Part shown: positions 61,601 to 64,000 of the stretch, one piece after another
How positions within the stretch are numbered: position 1 is the stretch's first letter
How the letters are laid out: each line of letters opens with the position of its first letter
Assembly (NCBI GenBank): GCA_009103225.1
Contig: RHPI01002262.1
Coordinates: 1 to 64,000, forward strand
Direction: 5' to 3'
Length of the DNA: 64,000 nucleotides
From: Chlorokybus atmophyticus
Lineage: Eukaryota; Plantae; Mesostigma and Chlorokybus algae
Notes under the pieces: generated by a model
Told to the model about the DNA's origin: nothing
Database searches by the model: none
What the model saw: the letters and a program-made list of their open reading frames with translations, nothing else
Program-made: the position numbers and the translations under genes

Positions 61601-62050
61601 TGAATGGGATGGGAGGGGTGTTCCACGCGGACTGCTTCAGGTGGGTTTGTGGGAATGTGTATGTGCTGCACACACACGGGCATGCAAGCACGTACACGCG
61701 CACGCAGACACGCACAAACGAGAGGCCCACCTGTACACACTTGCACATGCGCGCACACACGCACAGGCACATACGCACTGGCACCGATACACGCGCACGA
61801 GCATAACTGTGGGTATGTGTGTGTTGTGTGAATCCTAGTTATCATTTGGCATGATGTAAACACCTTGTGCACCCGCCAGGTGTGTGAAGTGCGGCGGGAG
61901 CACCTCGCTGTCGATACTCCGGCCCAACGGCGCGTACTGCGAGGCGTGCGAGCACGGCGGTCTCGGCGTGGTGGACGTCGGCCTCACCGTCGTCACCGAC
62001 AACCGTCCCACAACCACAACAACAAACGCTGCGCAGAAACAACAACAGAC

Positions 62051-62083
<33 letters not shown>

Positions 62084-62144
62084 GAGGCGGGTGGTGAGGA
62101 TGAGTCACAGCGGCGGGAGGCCGCCGCCCAGGGGGATTTTGTGA
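58639..62144 (+). CDS. TKL/Raf-like protein kinase with two C-terminal LIM domains and a possible N-myristoylation start
   Basis: Kinase motifs are IGAGTFGE|VYRGKW..VAIK, HRDLKSTN, DFG, GSPGWMAPE and DVYSYAIVLWE. LIM1 is CPKC..FHAECFACAACNKPL..RPYCSED, LIM2 is CLACGKAV..FHADCFR|CVKC..YCEAC, and the protein starts MGSACS. Confidence 0.9.
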
Positions 62145-62533
62145 CCACTTGGGTGTGTTGGTGCGTGTGTGCGTGCGTGCGTGATGGAACAACGGAAGGA
62201 GGAGGTTGTGATTGTGTTCCATGTTGTTGTTGTGGGTTAGGGTAGATACGTGTTGTAACGTATATGTATGCAGCTACCCGTCATTTAACTACGGGGTATT
62301 ACGTAATAAAAGGAAAACAAGAACAACTGCTGTTGATGGAGGAGTCTCATATGCCGGACAAAAAGTGAATGCCAAATTGTTTCTTGGATAGAAAGAAAGC
62401 AGAGTTGCAAAAGAATCCAGTCATAAACACAAGCAGAACCAACTCTGTTCAATGAGGCACACACACCCGCACGTGTGCACATGCATGCGCACACACACGC
62501 GCGCGCATGCCAGCAAACACTTCAGCACTCTTT

Positions 62534-63697
62534 CTACCAGCTCTCGCTACAGTTTGTGTCCGGCAGCACCCACTCCAACCCATTCAGGCTTGCGTTCCCT
62601 CCCACACTAACACACCCTTCCTCCACAATCTCCTTGAACCTCCGCGCGCACGGCGCATCCAACCCAACATGCCTCGCCACGCTCTCTCTCACGGGCCGCA
62701 TCGCCTCTCTCACCCTCTTCATGGCGTACACATCACTCCCACTCTTCAACCTGTCCTCCTCCACATTCATCCTCGCATACGCATTGATGAACACATCTCT
62801 ATCATTATCATTATCATACAAGCACGGGGCGCGTAGTTTGATGGCGTATAGGCGGCAGAGTGTTGCTGTGGGGTGTGGACATGTGGTGGTGTTGTTGTTG
62901 TTGGTGGTGGTGGTGTTGTTATTGTGTGGGTGTGTTGTGATGAGGTGCGGGAGGGAAGAGAGTGGTGGGAGGAATGTGGCGGCCATGGCGGAGACGGCGG
63001 GGAGGGAGGAGAAGGACTTCATCAAGGAAGGGATGGCGGAGGAACCGAACTGCTCGCACGCCAACGCACACACCTGCATTTGCGTGAACAAAGGGTGAGA
63101 TCATCAACACCCGTTGTCCACACAAAGATACATAAACACGCGCATACCCGCATGCGTGCGTGCGTGTATGTGCACGTACGCCCGTACGTATGGGTTGTAC
63201 TGTTATGGCACATGCACGCACGCACGTGCACACACGCACAGGCGCTCATGGGCGCGTGTGTGTATGTATGCGTGCACGCGTGTAGGTGTCTATGCACACA
63301 CGCAACAACCCAACAACCGAAACTCAACCTCCCCCCTCACTCTCACCTGCGTCCTGGACAGTCCCCTCAGCAACCCCTGCAAGCACTCCGCCTCCATCCT
63401 CCCCACCCTCTTCCCCACAACCACCCTCTCCCACACCCCCTCCTCCCCTCCACCACACACCTCCCCCACACCTCGCACCCCCCTCTCCTCCTCCTCCTCC
63501 TCCTCATAGCCATACTCCTCCTCGCATCGGAGACACTCGCCCCAGGCGCGGGAGAAGAAGGCCAGGCGCTCCGTGTCGGAGGAGGTGGGTGTGGATGGTA
63601 GCAACAGTGTGAAGGGGAGGGTGGTGAGGCCCAGGCGCCAGGCGGCGGTGAGGGCGGCGGCGGTGAGGGCTAGCAAGGCCGCCTGGTGGGTCTTCAT
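62534..63697 (-). CDS. Hypothetical protein with an N-terminal signal/anchor; two exons (63697-63346, 63074-62534)
   Basis: The start is hydrophobic (MKTHQAALLALTAAALTAAW), the GT-AG join is in frame, and the C-terminal region is Cys-containing. No family was recognised. Confidence 0.6.
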
Positions 63698-64000
63698 GGT
63701 GAGATGAGAGCGAGGGGTGTGCCTGCGGTGTGTCGATGGGCATGTTTTGCGTGCGTGCATGTGTGCAAGGCTTGGAGGAGGCTGGCGACGCCAAAGAAGA
63801 CATCACGCACGCACACCGCACAAAGATCATAGCAGCTTGCTTGATCGATCCAGCAGTGACCAGTACCTGACCTTTCACACTTACTGACCGCACCTCACCT
63901 GCTCAGTCAGATCCAAGCAAGCGGTACTTTCCCGCTTGCAACACGCGCCGGTGCGTATACCGATTGAGTCAAGCTTAACAACTAGAACAACCTGGTCAAA

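Noticed and set aside
1-64000. CRISPR arrays, Fanzor/TnpB, rRNA, intact tRNA and giant-virus hallmark genes
   Set aside because: None was recognised by eye. An HMM or covariance-model scan would be needed to exclude highly diverged cases.

Overview
Eukaryotic, intron-rich genomic DNA with three N-gaps. It is most consistent with a green alga or basal streptophyte: plant-type TOPBP1/MEI1 and RING-CH sequences, an SP3-5 HRGP-type linker, and TTAGGG-type repeats. The taxon is inferred, not proven. The first ~50 kb is a repeat-rich, fast-evolving accessory block. It contains a decayed pogo-family transposase interrupted by a telomeric-repeat insertion, a pogo terminus carrying (CCCTAA)n, a hAT-like MITE, and a TRIM-like LTR element with ~78-bp LTRs. 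It also holds decayed gene pieces (RECG, RING-CH, a frameshifted dual-specificity phosphatase, a 2-kb partial TOPBP1 duplicate) and three Crinkler-like NTPase/restriction-endonuclease-fold loci (two near-intact, one remnant). Other genes in this block are TOPBP1, a SMYD-type SET protein with altered motifs, a GT23 fucosyltransferase and a mosaic secreted protein. The last ~13 kb has intact-looking genes: a secreted beta-propeller-like protein, glucosidase I (MOGS), a TKL kinase with two C-terminal LIM domains, and an unknown membrane/secreted protein. All homology calls are by-eye motif recognition with no database searches, and exon boundaries were read by hand.
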